DNA of 64,000 nucleotides from a virus (taxonomy: Duplodnaviria > Caudoviricetes). The notes under the pieces are model-generated. The model was not told the origin of the DNA, made no database searches, and saw only the letters and a program-made list of their open reading frames with translations. This document shows positions 25,694 to 34,596 of the stretch, piece by piece. Each line of letters opens with the position of its first letter. Within the stretch, counting starts at the first letter, position 1. Position numbers and translations under genes: made by a program. The stretch spans positions 94,597 to 158,596 of the IMG/VR virus record IMGVR_UViG_3300020050_012045; one strand, written 5' to 3'.

Positions 25694-25914
25694 CAGTTCC
25701 GTTCCTTCTGTTTCTTGGTCTGCTCATCGAGCGATTTGACCAGCTTAAGCCCAAAGTTAGTTGCCCGTACTGATGTTGTAGTAGCTCTAGTGAGCCGTTC
25801 ATCGAGTTCAGCCTGGAAGCGTTTAGATGCCAGATACGACTGATATGCTGAATTCAGTAACCAACCGGCAGCCATCCCCGTCGATGCAATAAAAAAGCCA
25901 AGTAATTCCAACAT
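25693..25914 (-). CDS. Small membrane protein
   Basis: N-terminal TM helix. Confidence 0.5.
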   Translation of the reverse strand: MLELLGFFIASTGMAAGWLLNSAYQSYLASKRFQAELDERLTRATTTSVRATNFGLKLVKSLDEQTKKQKERN

Positions 25915-26229
25915 GTTAGCTCCAACTGTCTTCTGACCCTAGGTTTTCATCCTCGATGTCCCGAATGCACTCTTCCAAACAGTTTTGGAAACGATCATTG
26001 GCGTCTTGGATTGTTTCATTCGTGGCGGCAAAAGATCCGTACATCTCCTTAACCGCAATCAAGTAATCCAGAACCTTCTCCTTGAACTCATCTTTTTTCT
26101 TGCCCATGCTCAACCTCCTATTTGATCGTAACAAACTGAGAACAAAATGTCGAACTTATTCGTAACCCGACAATAATGTCCCTTTACACGCTTCGTAAGC
26201 TGTGATAACGTGCCCGCTAGGAGCCAAAC

Positions 26230-26358
26230 ATGTACCGAACAAAATTTGTAGCCAGAAGACCGCGTCGTCCCATTAAAGTCAGGCTGTCTGTGCGTTTCAA
26301 CCTACTTATCCTCCTATTTTTGGGGGCTGGGATCTTGACTGTCGATCTTTTAAGTTAA
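26230..26358 (+). CDS. 42-aa basic single-TM peptide
   Basis: AGGAG RBS, upstream TTTACA/GATAAC promoter-like boxes; MYRTKFVARRPRRPIKVRLSVRFNLLILLFLGAGILTVDLLS. Confidence 0.45.
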   Translation: MYRTKFVARRPRRPIKVRLSVRFNLLILLFLGAGILTVDLLS

Positions 26359-26985
26359 ATCGCATTCTTTTTTAAGCTGATTCACTACCCGTCTTGTCGC
26401 CTCAACCAACTTATCGGGCGTAACCACTTCAATACCCAAATTTGCAGCTTCTTCCCAATACGGGTCATTTCGAGAATATTCCCTCTCAACTAAAATGACT
26501 TCAGAGCACGAACCGCTCTCAAAGACGTCAATCACCGTTTCCGGTTTGTCGTCTATAAGCAGGTCGAACTTCACCAAGTGTTTTTGAGCGGTGTAGACCG
26601 TGTTCCGCTTGTTGTGGCCAAAATGGTTGTCTAGCCAGGTGTCGCGCCCTGACGTCCAGTACGGTACAGACATTGGTGATGTGATGACCAGAATATGACA
26701 ATCAAACAACGATTGATACAGCGGCTGAGCCCACTCATAGGGGAGAAGTGGTTGTGGTAAGGTTGGAAACCCCAAAGTGAACTGTTCGTTAGCCCACAAT
26801 GCCTTGGCTATCTCTAGCTGTTTTGGGGTCATCTGCTTAACAAAGTCCCACCCTGAAGCCGTTGGAGTGCCCATCGGCTCACCATGAGCCTGAAGTTCGC
26901 GCAATGTCTCTTCGTAAAACGGAAACAGTACGCCGTCTACGTCAAGGCCGACAATCAGCTTATCGTTTTTCATTGCACGTGCCAT
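26350..26985 (-). CDS. 5'(3')-deoxyribonucleotidase (HAD)
   Basis: LDVDGVL, ITSP, WLDNHF, K, LIDDKP. Confidence 0.85.
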   Translation of the reverse strand: MARAMKNDKLIVGLDVDGVLFPFYEETLRELQAHGEPMGTPTASGWDFVKQMTPKQLEIAKALWANEQFTLGFPTLPQPLLPYEWAQPLYQSLFDCHILVITSPMSVPYWTSGRDTWLDNHFGHNKRNTVYTAQKHLVKFDLLIDDKPETVIDVFESGSCSEVILVEREYSRNDPYWEEAANLGIEVVTPDKLVEATRRVVNQLKKECDLT

Positions 26986-27179
26986 TTTTGCGACAATGCC
27001 TCCAGCTCCATACGAGCGTTGGCGTCTTTCTGAAGCTGAATTAGAGCATCTGATTGAGCCAGATGGGTCTCGACCAACGCATTGACTACCCGCTCTAGCG
27101 AGGATACTCGTTCGTTGGTTAACCGAATCATTTCCCGCAAAGCCTCAAAAATCTTCAGTTCATCTTCACTCATAGTCAC
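26970..27179 (-). CDS. Coiled-coil hypothetical protein
   Basis: 69 aa. Confidence 0.45.
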   Translation of the reverse strand: MTMSEDELKIFEALREMIRLTNERVSSLERVVNALVETHLAQSDALIQLQKDANARMELEALSQKWHVQ

Positions 27180-27307
27180 ATTTTGCCAGCTGGCAAAACA
27201 TTCGTCAAACGATTTAGAAGCTTGGATGATTCAACAAACAGATATTGAGTGTGGGTCATTTGCGCTGTATGTATGTAAATATGAAACAAGAATGTACTAA
27301 AATGAAC

Positions 27308-27336
27308 TTGACGGGTGAAGATTTTCACGGCATGCT
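27308..27336 (+). promoter_or_regulatory. Sigma70-type promoter, leaderless
   Basis: TTGACG-17-CATGCT, 6 nt to ATG 27343. Confidence 0.55.
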
Positions 27337-27342
27337 GTCTAA

Positions 27343-27645
27343 ATGAAAGACGTATGGGTTGTAACAGCACTAGATTCTGAATTTCAATGGACCGTGATTG
27401 GGGTGTACGCTACCGAGGCGCTTGCTATAGAGGCGGAAGAGCTGTGTCGACGCTGCGCTGTCGCGAGCAAGTACGGAGCATTTAGTGAGGCTGAGAGAAG
27501 TAGGGTCCGAGTGGAAGAAGACACAAAAGACTTGCAGCTCATGACTCTTGAGATAGAGGAGTCAGACAATGAAGACTCAAGCGAGGTGTTCGGTCACGGA
27601 CACGGTGTCGTTAGTCTTCTTCCCTCGACTGAAAAATCGAACTAA
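27343..27645 (+). CDS. Small early protein (V-x-V...IGVY..E.A family)
   Basis: Similar N-terminus to ORFs at 37644 and 37839. Confidence 0.55.
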   Translation: MKDVWVVTALDSEFQWTVIGVYATEALAIEAEELCRRCAVASKYGAFSEAERSRVRVEEDTKDLQLMTLEIEESDNEDSSEVFGHGHGVVSLLPSTEKSN

Positions 27646-27664
27646 CTCCACATGTCTCTTGGTG

Positions 27665-27860
27665 TCATCGTTCACTTTGATGAATTGGCTTAGGCTCCGT
27701 TGTTAGCGCCGCAACCTGCGGCGCTCTTTAGATAACCTAATTATCGGTGTTTGCCAATGGATGTTGCGCACACATCCACTTATTTCTCAGAAAGAGAGCT
27801 AGAGCGAGGTCGCTTAGCCCCAGGTGGGGCGTTCTGTCTACATTATCGTAATGTGGGGTG
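27665..27860. other. Hairpin-rich intergenic region (possible ncRNA or bidirectional terminator)
   Basis: Stems at 27705-27725, 27731-27745, 27758-27778, 27803-27814, 27817-27830, 27838-27856. Confidence 0.35.
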
Positions 27861-27887
27861 TTTGTGTATACAAAAAAAGACGCAGCA

Positions 27888-28202
27888 TCAAACAAAATCA
27901 GCAAGGATGCCTGGCGAGTTGTCTGGCCCCATCCCGATGAGATAGGTCTTACCTTTGAAACCTAGCTCCAGACGAACTGTTCCGTTTGGCTGCTGAACGA
28001 TCTTCCAGCCGGTCTGAGAGGTGAATCCAACAATTTCAGGAGGGAACCTGTCGGCAGCGGAGTCGTGGAAGGCGTACTCTACGCTCTTTACGTTTCCGCC
28101 AGCTGAAGACGCTTGTCGATCGGTGTCGATAGATAGGTCCAGCACCAATTCAGTGCCCTCTGTTTGAAGACTCCACTTGTTACCACTTGCGATTTCGCTC
28201 AT
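27888..28202 (-). CDS. Hypothetical protein
   Basis: 104 aa. Confidence 0.55.
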   Translation of the reverse strand: MSEIASGNKWSLQTEGTELVLDLSIDTDRQASSAGGNVKSVEYAFHDSAADRFPPEIVGFTSQTGWKIVQQPNGTVRLELGFKGKTYLIGMGPDNSPGILADFV

Positions 28203-28417
28203 TTCTTAATCCTTTCCTTCAGCCATGAGATGGAAGCCTCGAACTCTTTGTCAGTCATATCGGACATATCGGACATTTCCTTACCCCAGGAGTCGTCAAA
28301 GTTACCCCGCTCAAAGGCATCCCTTGCGACCTCCATCAAAGCAGCCAGCTCCAGATCGGTTAGCTGTTCGCCGTCTTCATACTTTTCATTGATGATTTTG
28401 AACTGTTCTTTGGTCAT
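28199..28417 (-). CDS. Hypothetical protein
   Basis: 72 aa, ATGA overlaps. Confidence 0.55.
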   Translation of the reverse strand: MTKEQFKIINEKYEDGEQLTDLELAALMEVARDAFERGNFDDSWGKEMSDMSDMTDKEFEASISWLKERIKK

Positions 28418-29124
28418 TCATTTTCCAGTTTTGTGCTCATCCCAGCAACAATCGTAATTCGTGGGTCTCCAATGTGGGTGGCCAAACGGTGCTCCAGACA
28501 TTGAGCGGCGGTCAGGTACAAGTCAGAGTGCTTGTTGTCGTGAAGCCGGTCTGCCCAATACCCAGTTGGCTGACCACACGCTGTATCAAGAACTTCAAGC
28601 ATTCTTGAGTCAAGATATTTGATATGGGCAGCATCGTTGACTAGATCGGGCATTTTCCCCCACCCTCCAGAGCTGACATGGTGAATCATAATCTGAGCGT
28701 CACGGTTAGCGAATCTAATGTGACCAGCTGCAAACAATAGGGCACCGGCTGACATCGCCTTGGACCGGGCGACAGTGATAACTTCAAGTCCGCATTCCGC
28801 TGCATGACGGATGGCGTCTACCATACGAAAGCAGGCGTAGACGTCGCCTCCAAAACTATCGACGGTTACAACCAGGAACTGTTGCTTGGCTCGAATCGCC
28901 TGCCCAACCCCAAGTTCAAAATCCCGAGCTGATTGCTGGTCAAACTCATTGACTTCTATGGTAACTGGTTCATAGATCAGAAGGTCTTTCAAACAGAGTG
29001 GTTTGAAATCTGGTGAGGTTAGGATTTTGTAGGAGAGCGAATCCGACACGTGAGTTGTTACACTCCCTTGCTTCGGAGGCTCTGGCGGATGATTTGATTG
29101 AGGGGGTTGAACTGGTGTACTCAT
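28414..29124 (-). CDS. clpP: ClpP-like serine protease
   Basis: DSFGGDV, AMSAG (catalytic Ser), IMIH (His), DLYLTA; start ATG 29124 with GGAG. Confidence 0.85.
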   Translation of the reverse strand: MSTPVQPPQSNHPPEPPKQGSVTTHVSDSLSYKILTSPDFKPLCLKDLLIYEPVTIEVNEFDQQSARDFELGVGQAIRAKQQFLVVTVDSFGGDVYACFRMVDAIRHAAECGLEVITVARSKAMSAGALLFAAGHIRFANRDAQIMIHHVSSGGWGKMPDLVNDAAHIKYLDSRMLEVLDTACGQPTGYWADRLHDNKHSDLYLTAAQCLEHRLATHIGDPRITIVAGMSTKLENE

Positions 29125-29415
29125 GTATATCTCCAGCTTAAATCCTAAGTGAAGAAAATGACTGATGCAAGCTATTTTGCGAACGGGTCGATTCCGATAC
29201 CCAGCCAACCAAGAAAGAAGATTCCTGTACAGGTAAGGATGGTGATGACTACGCACTCAAAAAATGACAGTTCATGGTCGATTTTCATTTGGACCTTTCC
29301 TTCTGAAGCTGTTCTTCGTAGTTGAACTTTAACCATGCACTGCAAAGTTTTCCTTCAAGGAAGGAACTGGCTCGTCTGAAATCCGGCAAATAGTGCCAAA
29401 CAGTGGAACCTCCGA

Positions 29416-29538
29416 CTAATCGCTCAGTGCGATATTCAACAGTGGAGCCGTAACCCACCACCAAGACCAATCGATGTGATGGGTCAACTTGAGTGTCATG
29501 AACACCAGGAAAAGAAGAAACAAGCAGAACTCTGTCAT
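29416..29538 (-). CDS. Small membrane protein (LKL..IDWSWWWV.APL family)
   Basis: MTEFCLFLLFLVFMTLKLTHHIDWSWWWVTAPLL; not in ORF track. Confidence 0.55.
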   Translation of the reverse strand: MTEFCLFLLFLVFMTLKLTHHIDWSWWWVTAPLLNIALSD

Positions 29539-29542
29539 TTGT

Positions 29543-30307
29543 TTACTCATAGTAGTTTTCTAAAAAATCAATAACTGAATAACCTACACGCATGCGTGTT
29601 TCACGAAGCAGCTTGCCAATTTTCTTAAGAATTTTAGCCTTATCTCGATTTTCAACCGAAGTCAACTCAAGTTGGTTGCCTGGGTTAGGAAGGCAGTAGT
29701 CTTTGCCGTACAGAACTCCCTCTGGACCGGCTTGGTTGAGCTTTGAGTAGTTGACGGCAACCTGATTGATGTTGAAATCTGTCTGATTAAGCAGATCATC
29801 CATCGAACGAACCGCTTGGTAAAACGCTGACTTTGAAATCTCCCAAATGTCCATCGAAGGGCCGAATTCGGTGGATACTGTGACATTGTTGGGGTTCGAC
29901 CGAACAACGGGTGGAAGGAGATGTTTAAGGACGCGAACGTGGTTGACGTCCATACCTACGCCACCGAACACGCTTTTAACTAACGCCAGAGATGGCGCTA
30001 AGTTCAGGGGACGCACATAACGCATACGCTCAGCTAAAGATGTTGGAGCTTTTAGACTCTCTGTGTCGTCAATCACAATATCGAGGTCTTTAACCATACC
30101 CAATAGAGGGTTGGGGTAATCGGAATTGCGTTTGAGCACGGTGTAGAGGGGCCAGTTACTGGCAACTCGACAGGCTCCCCCGTAAATGTACACCTTGCCT
30201 GGAAAATCCCGTTCCAGTGCGTCCAGCACTTCGGTTTGCTCTGGAAGTTCTTTCAGAAGATCTGAAAGAGTGGACTTTAGGTAGTCTGGGTTGTTGGGGT
30301 TAGTCAT
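29543..30307 (-). CDS. Nucleotidyltransferase of CCA-adding/poly(A) polymerase head type
   Basis: VYIYGGACR, KDLDIVI, DFNINQVA. Confidence 0.7.
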   Translation of the reverse strand: MTNPNNPDYLKSTLSDLLKELPEQTEVLDALERDFPGKVYIYGGACRVASNWPLYTVLKRNSDYPNPLLGMVKDLDIVIDDTESLKAPTSLAERMRYVRPLNLAPSLALVKSVFGGVGMDVNHVRVLKHLLPPVVRSNPNNVTVSTEFGPSMDIWEISKSAFYQAVRSMDDLLNQTDFNINQVAVNYSKLNQAGPEGVLYGKDYCLPNPGNQLELTSVENRDKAKILKKIGKLLRETRMRVGYSVIDFLENYYE

Positions 30308-30605
30308 CGTTGTCTATTCCGTTTAGAGTCCGGTAAGCCAGCATCTCAGCTTCCATTTCTAGCTCTCGCACTCTGGCAATCAACCTAGGGATAGCTTCGC
30401 GGGCTGCAACGATGAAATTGGCGTCGTTAGATACACGGGGTGTCACTAGCGACTCCTGCCTGGACAGAGCGAAGTTCAACTCGCCGACCCACACATTGTT
30501 TCTACCCCAAATGCTTACCCCAGTAGATTCCCACGGCCCGGGTGTCGCCGCATTCGTGAGCGCTTCGAGTTCGTCGAGTTCGTCCTTAGTCATTACCGCA
30601 CTCAT
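30300..30605 (-). CDS. Ead/Ea22-like protein
   Basis: AATPGPW...DANFIVAAREAIPRLIARVRELE. Confidence 0.7.
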   Translation of the reverse strand: MSAVMTKDELDELEALTNAATPGPWESTGVSIWGRNNVWVGELNFALSRQESLVTPRVSNDANFIVAAREAIPRLIARVRELEMEAEMLAYRTLNGIDNDD

Positions 30606-30973
30606 TTTGGCACCTTCGGTGTTTCGATTCGCATCCACGCCTCGATCTGGTCAAAGCGAACGTCGTTGTTGCCAAATGATAAAGCTTTGATTCTGATGTC
30701 ATCAGAGTCAAGCTGGTATATGAAGGGCTTACGATCGTACAACGGTGCCCCTTTTGCGGGGTAAACCCAGTACCAGCCGGCTTTCTTTGGCGGTATTGTT
30801 GTCCACTGACCGCCCGGTTGTTTGTCAGGAAGGGCAGCGGTCTCCGTACACTTCTCAGCGAGAGTCAGGGCTCGGTTGGCCAGTTGTCTTTCTACGTCGT
30901 AGTGTTTCCAGTACAGCAGGTCCAGCAACGACGCAGCCTCTTGGAGCACTTCATTTTTCTCTTTGATACTCAT
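30602..30973 (-). CDS. Hypothetical protein
   Basis: WTTIPPKKAGWYW motif. Confidence 0.55.
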   Translation of the reverse strand: MSIKEKNEVLQEAASLLDLLYWKHYDVERQLANRALTLAEKCTETAALPDKQPGGQWTTIPPKKAGWYWVYPAKGAPLYDRKPFIYQLDSDDIRIKALSFGNNDVRFDQIEAWMRIETPKVPK

Positions 30974-31446
30974 TTCTCAAGTTTCCTTTTCATCCTACGA
31001 AGAACTTTTAACGCTTTCTCTAGCTCGTCACTAAATGCGTAGTTTTCCAGATAGACATTACTTTTTCGATCGATGGCGCCACGCTGCCACGGCGGTCTTG
31101 CATCTACTTGCTTTTTAACTTCACGTATAAAGCTCCAGAACTTCTCCTGTTCTGTCATTTGTTTACTCATTTTCAGATGTCATATCCCAAGAGATTTCCC
31201 AGGCTGGACCAGTGGTTCTGGTACTTGGACCGCGATCCATTTCGACCTCGTACCCTAGTCCTTTAATATGAAGAAGGACAGGGGCCGATAATCCCGACTT
31301 GGAGATAGAGAACTTGCCGTCAGCGGCGGCTTCCTGAATCAGCATCTTGAGCAACTCAACATCCCTTTCGTCTGAGTAAGAAAGCCGTTCAGAGGCAGCT
31401 TTTGCGGTCAGGAAGGACTGGTATGCTTCATTTACTTTGAGTTCAC

Positions 31447-31686
31447 TCATTGTTTTACCTGTAGGCAGCTGATGCCGCCACCGTACGAGTACGAGTGGTA
31501 ACAAACGACATTGCGCTCAAGGTCGTCAATGCGCTGGACATCTCTTGCGATTGTTGTTCCTGGTCTCGTGGGCTGTGCGGTTGCCTCGGATAACAAGATG
31601 ACTGGACCCAGCACGGCACCAACCAACATGATACCTAGTCCGAGCCTTAGACCAATTGCCTGAAGTGTTTGTTTTGACATTACCAC
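31447..31686 (-). CDS. Small exported protein
   Basis: Signal peptide; D....VVCY....GGISC, similar to 23126-23350. Confidence 0.55.
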   Translation of the reverse strand: MVMSKQTLQAIGLRLGLGIMLVGAVLGPVILLSEATAQPTRPGTTIARDVQRIDDLERNVVCYHSYSYGGGISCLQVKQ

Positions 31687-32081
31687 ACTACCTTTGCTTG
31701 GGGTTGGAGGATGACCTTTGTGTTCACTGTATCGGTGTAGTATTTTACTGTGCCGTCAGCTTGAAAAGCTATGTACGAATCCCCGCTGATCTTCATAAGC
31801 AAATCCGAACCTGTTTCAGAAAACAAGAAAGTGTCTCCTGGTTCGAGACTAGAGAACATCGGCCTGTCATACCACAACAACTGTATTTGCGGCTTGGGAA
31901 TGACGAAATAGTCATGGTCATCAACCCCCTTGGTGGCACCAAAGGATGGTAGCGTTACCCACTCGGAAGGCCCCGTCTTTGCTCGCAGAGTGTCTGGAGA
32001 AATAGTGAACACGAAGGCGTCTCCAACACTAATGTCTCTGAGAAGACATGATGGGGACTGTTCAGGTCGTTTGATTTTCAT
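31680..32081 (-). CDS. Paralog 1 of tandem small beta-barrel family (two internal repeats)
   Basis: LRDISVGDAF / FSSLEPGDTF repeats; own leaderless promoter TTGACA at 32111-32116. Confidence 0.65.
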   Translation of the reverse strand: MKIKRPEQSPSCLLRDISVGDAFVFTISPDTLRAKTGPSEWVTLPSFGATKGVDDHDYFVIPKPQIQLLWYDRPMFSSLEPGDTFLFSETGSDLLMKISGDSYIAFQADGTVKYYTDTVNTKVILQPQAKVVW

Positions 32082-32131
32082 GAGGGAGGAATATCAGAGG
32101 TAAGATTTAATGTCAAGAGGACGTTTTCGTA

Positions 32132-32519
32132 TCAGCCTTCATCTGTGACATCAATAGTGCCTACAAACAGGGTGACTTTAGGATCGTCTTCGTCTTCAAG
32201 GTCAATGTTGCTGCCCGTTATCAAGTCGACCGCCCATCCGTCAGAGTCGATCAGGTAAATCTTCCCTTGGTTCATGATGTAGGTTCCTGGTGGTAGTTTG
32301 CCGACCGAGTAGGTTGGTTGGGGTTTAGGCGCGACGGTCACAAGAGAATCCCTAGAGAAGTCCTTGATCTCTCCAGCTGTCAGTTCGACAGCTGTGGGGG
32401 GCATCCCAATTCAGTTTTACAAATTCCAGATTATCAACTACGAATTTATCTCCAGCGGACAGATCACGGAAACGTACTTCAAAGGATGGTTTGTGGGTGA
32501 TTTTGACATTAGATTTCAT
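32132..32519 (-). pseudogene. Paralog 2, split by a +1 frameshift at a C6 run
   Basis: MKSNVKITHK...FVKLNWDAP continues in another frame as TAVELTAG...GTIDVTDEG, colinear with intact paralog 3. Confidence 0.65.
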
Positions 32520-32917
32520 CTGTGACCTCAATAGTGCCGGTGAAACGCTTAACAAGAAACTCTTGTGGAGCAAAGGTGGTGCCGTCATCCAGTCGGAACA
32601 GCCCGCCAGTTCTATCGACAACACAAAAGATGCCACCGAAGGTAACAAAAGTCCCGCCAGGAAGGCTCCTTGGTGGAACTTCTTTTGGGGGAGGGGTGTT
32701 GGATATGGGTAAAACTTCGGCATCGCAATTGAATGACTCAATACACCCAGTGGTCAAATTCACTGCCTGTATCTTGACCGGAAAAGCAATGTTGGGTGCA
32801 AGTTTGACGAACTGATCGTCCTGGGGCGGATCGTCAAACTTGAATTGAGTCCCAGGAGGGAGAGACACGATAGGTTGGTATTGGAGTGTATTTTTGTGGG
32901 TGATTTTGATTGGCATG
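32509..32917 (-). CDS. Paralog 3 of the tandem family
   Basis: MPIKITHK...LPPGTQF...AVNLTTG...GTIEVTDEI. Confidence 0.65.
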
Positions 32918-33142
32918 TTACCACACGATCTTTGCTTGAGGTTGAGGAAGAACAGGAGTGTCTTCAGCAATCGGTATAATTCTAACTTCTTTGTTGTGGA
33001 TGAAAAAGATGTACTTGTCGCCGCTTATCTTCAAACAAAGCGTGTTTGCGTTTACTGGATCAGTAAGTGTGAAAGCCTCACCGGAGTGAAGATCGCCGAA
33101 TGTTACTGTGGGGGTGGGAGCTGTTTCTCGTTCTATTTTCAT
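32918..33142 (-). CDS. Paralog 4 (single repeat)
   Basis: MKIERE...FGDLHSGEAF...LKISGD.YI.F...PQAKIVW; promoter TTGACA-16-TACTAT then 7 nt to ATG. Confidence 0.65.
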   Translation of the reverse strand: MKIERETAPTPTVTFGDLHSGEAFTLTDPVNANTLCLKISGDKYIFFIHNKEVRIIPIAEDTPVLPQPQAKIVW

Positions 33143-33173
33143 GAGGGAAATAGTATCAGAGGGAGGCAGGATG

Positions 33174-33509
33174 TCAAGGAATCTTGGGTTGGCCAAAATT
33201 TGCCACTTCAAGTTCATAGGCGGCTTTTGCCTGTTTACGCTTCATTCTTTGGTTGTATTCCTCGTCGTTCTCTAAACGTGAGCCAACCAGGAACATAGCA
33301 AGGTCGACCTCCTCGGAATCATCCTCGGGATCGTAATATCTGTCATGAGGCTTGATCTCGACAACCAAATCGCCGTAACCCTGTTCACGAAGGTCTCGCT
33401 CAGCGGTCTTGAACATATCAATGAAGACAGCTAGAGGGGTTGATTCAAAATAGCCGTCGTTCACTTCAAACATCAAAGTCTCTTCATGGAAAACTTTTCG
33501 GTCGGTCAT
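33174..33509 (-). CDS. Hypothetical phage protein
   Basis: RLENDEEYNQR motif; AAGGAG RBS. Confidence 0.6.
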   Translation of the reverse strand: MTDRKVFHEETLMFEVNDGYFESTPLAVFIDMFKTAERDLREQGYGDLVVEIKPHDRYYDPEDDSEEVDLAMFLVGSRLENDEEYNQRMKRKQAKAAYELEVANFGQPKIP

Positions 33510-33542
33510 GTTGGGGCTCCTTGGGGAAGGGAAATAGCAGGA

Positions 33543-34478
33543 TTAAGCAAAACTTGCAAGATGTTTGAGGATTGAGTCCGAATAATCATCGGCACTGATA
33601 TTGTTGGTGCCACCCTTAGACATGTTCTCAGCTCCCATTAACGGCTGGAGGTTAGTCCAGTGAAAGCAGGCAGCGATGTGGGTGGGGTTGGTTAGATCCC
33701 AAGCTGACACGGGGATAATGTGGTCAATGTGCCAGTGACTACCGTAGTTCTCCAGAGTCATTTCTGGAGTAAACTTGGATACCAGATGAGCACGAAGTTC
33801 AAGCGGGGTACAGCCAAGCCAGTCTAGGGTGTGGCCATTCTTCGTTACATTACGAAGCTTAAAGGCGACGTTAGTGCGGCCACGAAGGTTTCGGACCATG
33901 CGGAACAGTGGATCGGCAGCGGCACGTTCTCGGGTGTACTTGACAGAATAAGCAATACGAGTTTCCTTGTTGGCCTGATAATAGGTACTTTGGTATACCT
34001 GACGATTTTCGCGATTGTCGAGATAATGTTTTTTGTCTTCAGCTTGCTTACGTTCGGGATTCAGCTTAGCGCGTTCCTTGGCACGTTGCTTTGCCGGTTC
34101 AGGGTTAATGGCGTACTCCGCCTTACGTCTAACGGAGACGCACTGCTTACACTCGGCGTGGTACGTATTCAGCTTAACCGAACGTTTTTGAAAATTATCA
34201 ATCGACTTTACAGTGTCGCAAGCGAGACATTTACGTTCCGTAATGTCTGGACTGGGCTGACGAAGAAGCAAGGCGGCCTTTTGCTGGGCTGCGAGTTTCT
34301 CCTTGTTGGCTTCATAGTAAGCCTTGTCACTCGCCTTCTTGTCGAACTTATTCGCTTGCTTCTCTGCCACACACTGATTGCATCGTCGCCCTGGACGGTT
34401 TGGATCGTTGGTTGGCGGAAACTCGTTTAGTTGTTTGGAACATTGGCACTTAAGGCATCGTTGCGTTCGGTTTTCCAT
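33543..34478 (-). CDS. HNH homing endonuclease with CxxC repeats
   Basis: CLKC/CNQC/CLAC/CKQC; NYG..WHIDHIIP...FHWTNLQPL...EN.SK; own promoter TTGACG-16-TATTAT. Confidence 0.85.
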   Translation of the reverse strand: MENRTQRCLKCQCSKQLNEFPPTNDPNRPGRRCNQCVAEKQANKFDKKASDKAYYEANKEKLAAQQKAALLLRQPSPDITERKCLACDTVKSIDNFQKRSVKLNTYHAECKQCVSVRRKAEYAINPEPAKQRAKERAKLNPERKQAEDKKHYLDNRENRQVYQSTYYQANKETRIAYSVKYTRERAAADPLFRMVRNLRGRTNVAFKLRNVTKNGHTLDWLGCTPLELRAHLVSKFTPEMTLENYGSHWHIDHIIPVSAWDLTNPTHIAACFHWTNLQPLMGAENMSKGGTNNISADDYSDSILKHLASFA

Positions 34479-34525
34479 ATACCCAATAATAGCATAATTC
34501 TGGATAGCGTCAAGTGCTGAAACAA

Positions 34526-34562
34526 CAAAAAAGCCCGCAACACCTTTCGATGTTGCGGGCTC
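34526..34562 (-). terminator. Rho-independent terminator after major capsid gene
   Basis: GCCCGCAACATC-GAAA-GGTGTTGCGGGC-TTTTTT on minus strand. Confidence 0.9.
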
Positions 34563-34596
34563 AAAACACTAGCTAACTAGTTGATTTTATTTGGGC

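Noticed and set aside
29285-29470. Programmed frameshift or readthrough extending the IDWSWWWV membrane peptide
   Set aside because: A plausible tail exists in another frame, but there is no slippery site or in-window paralog to support it
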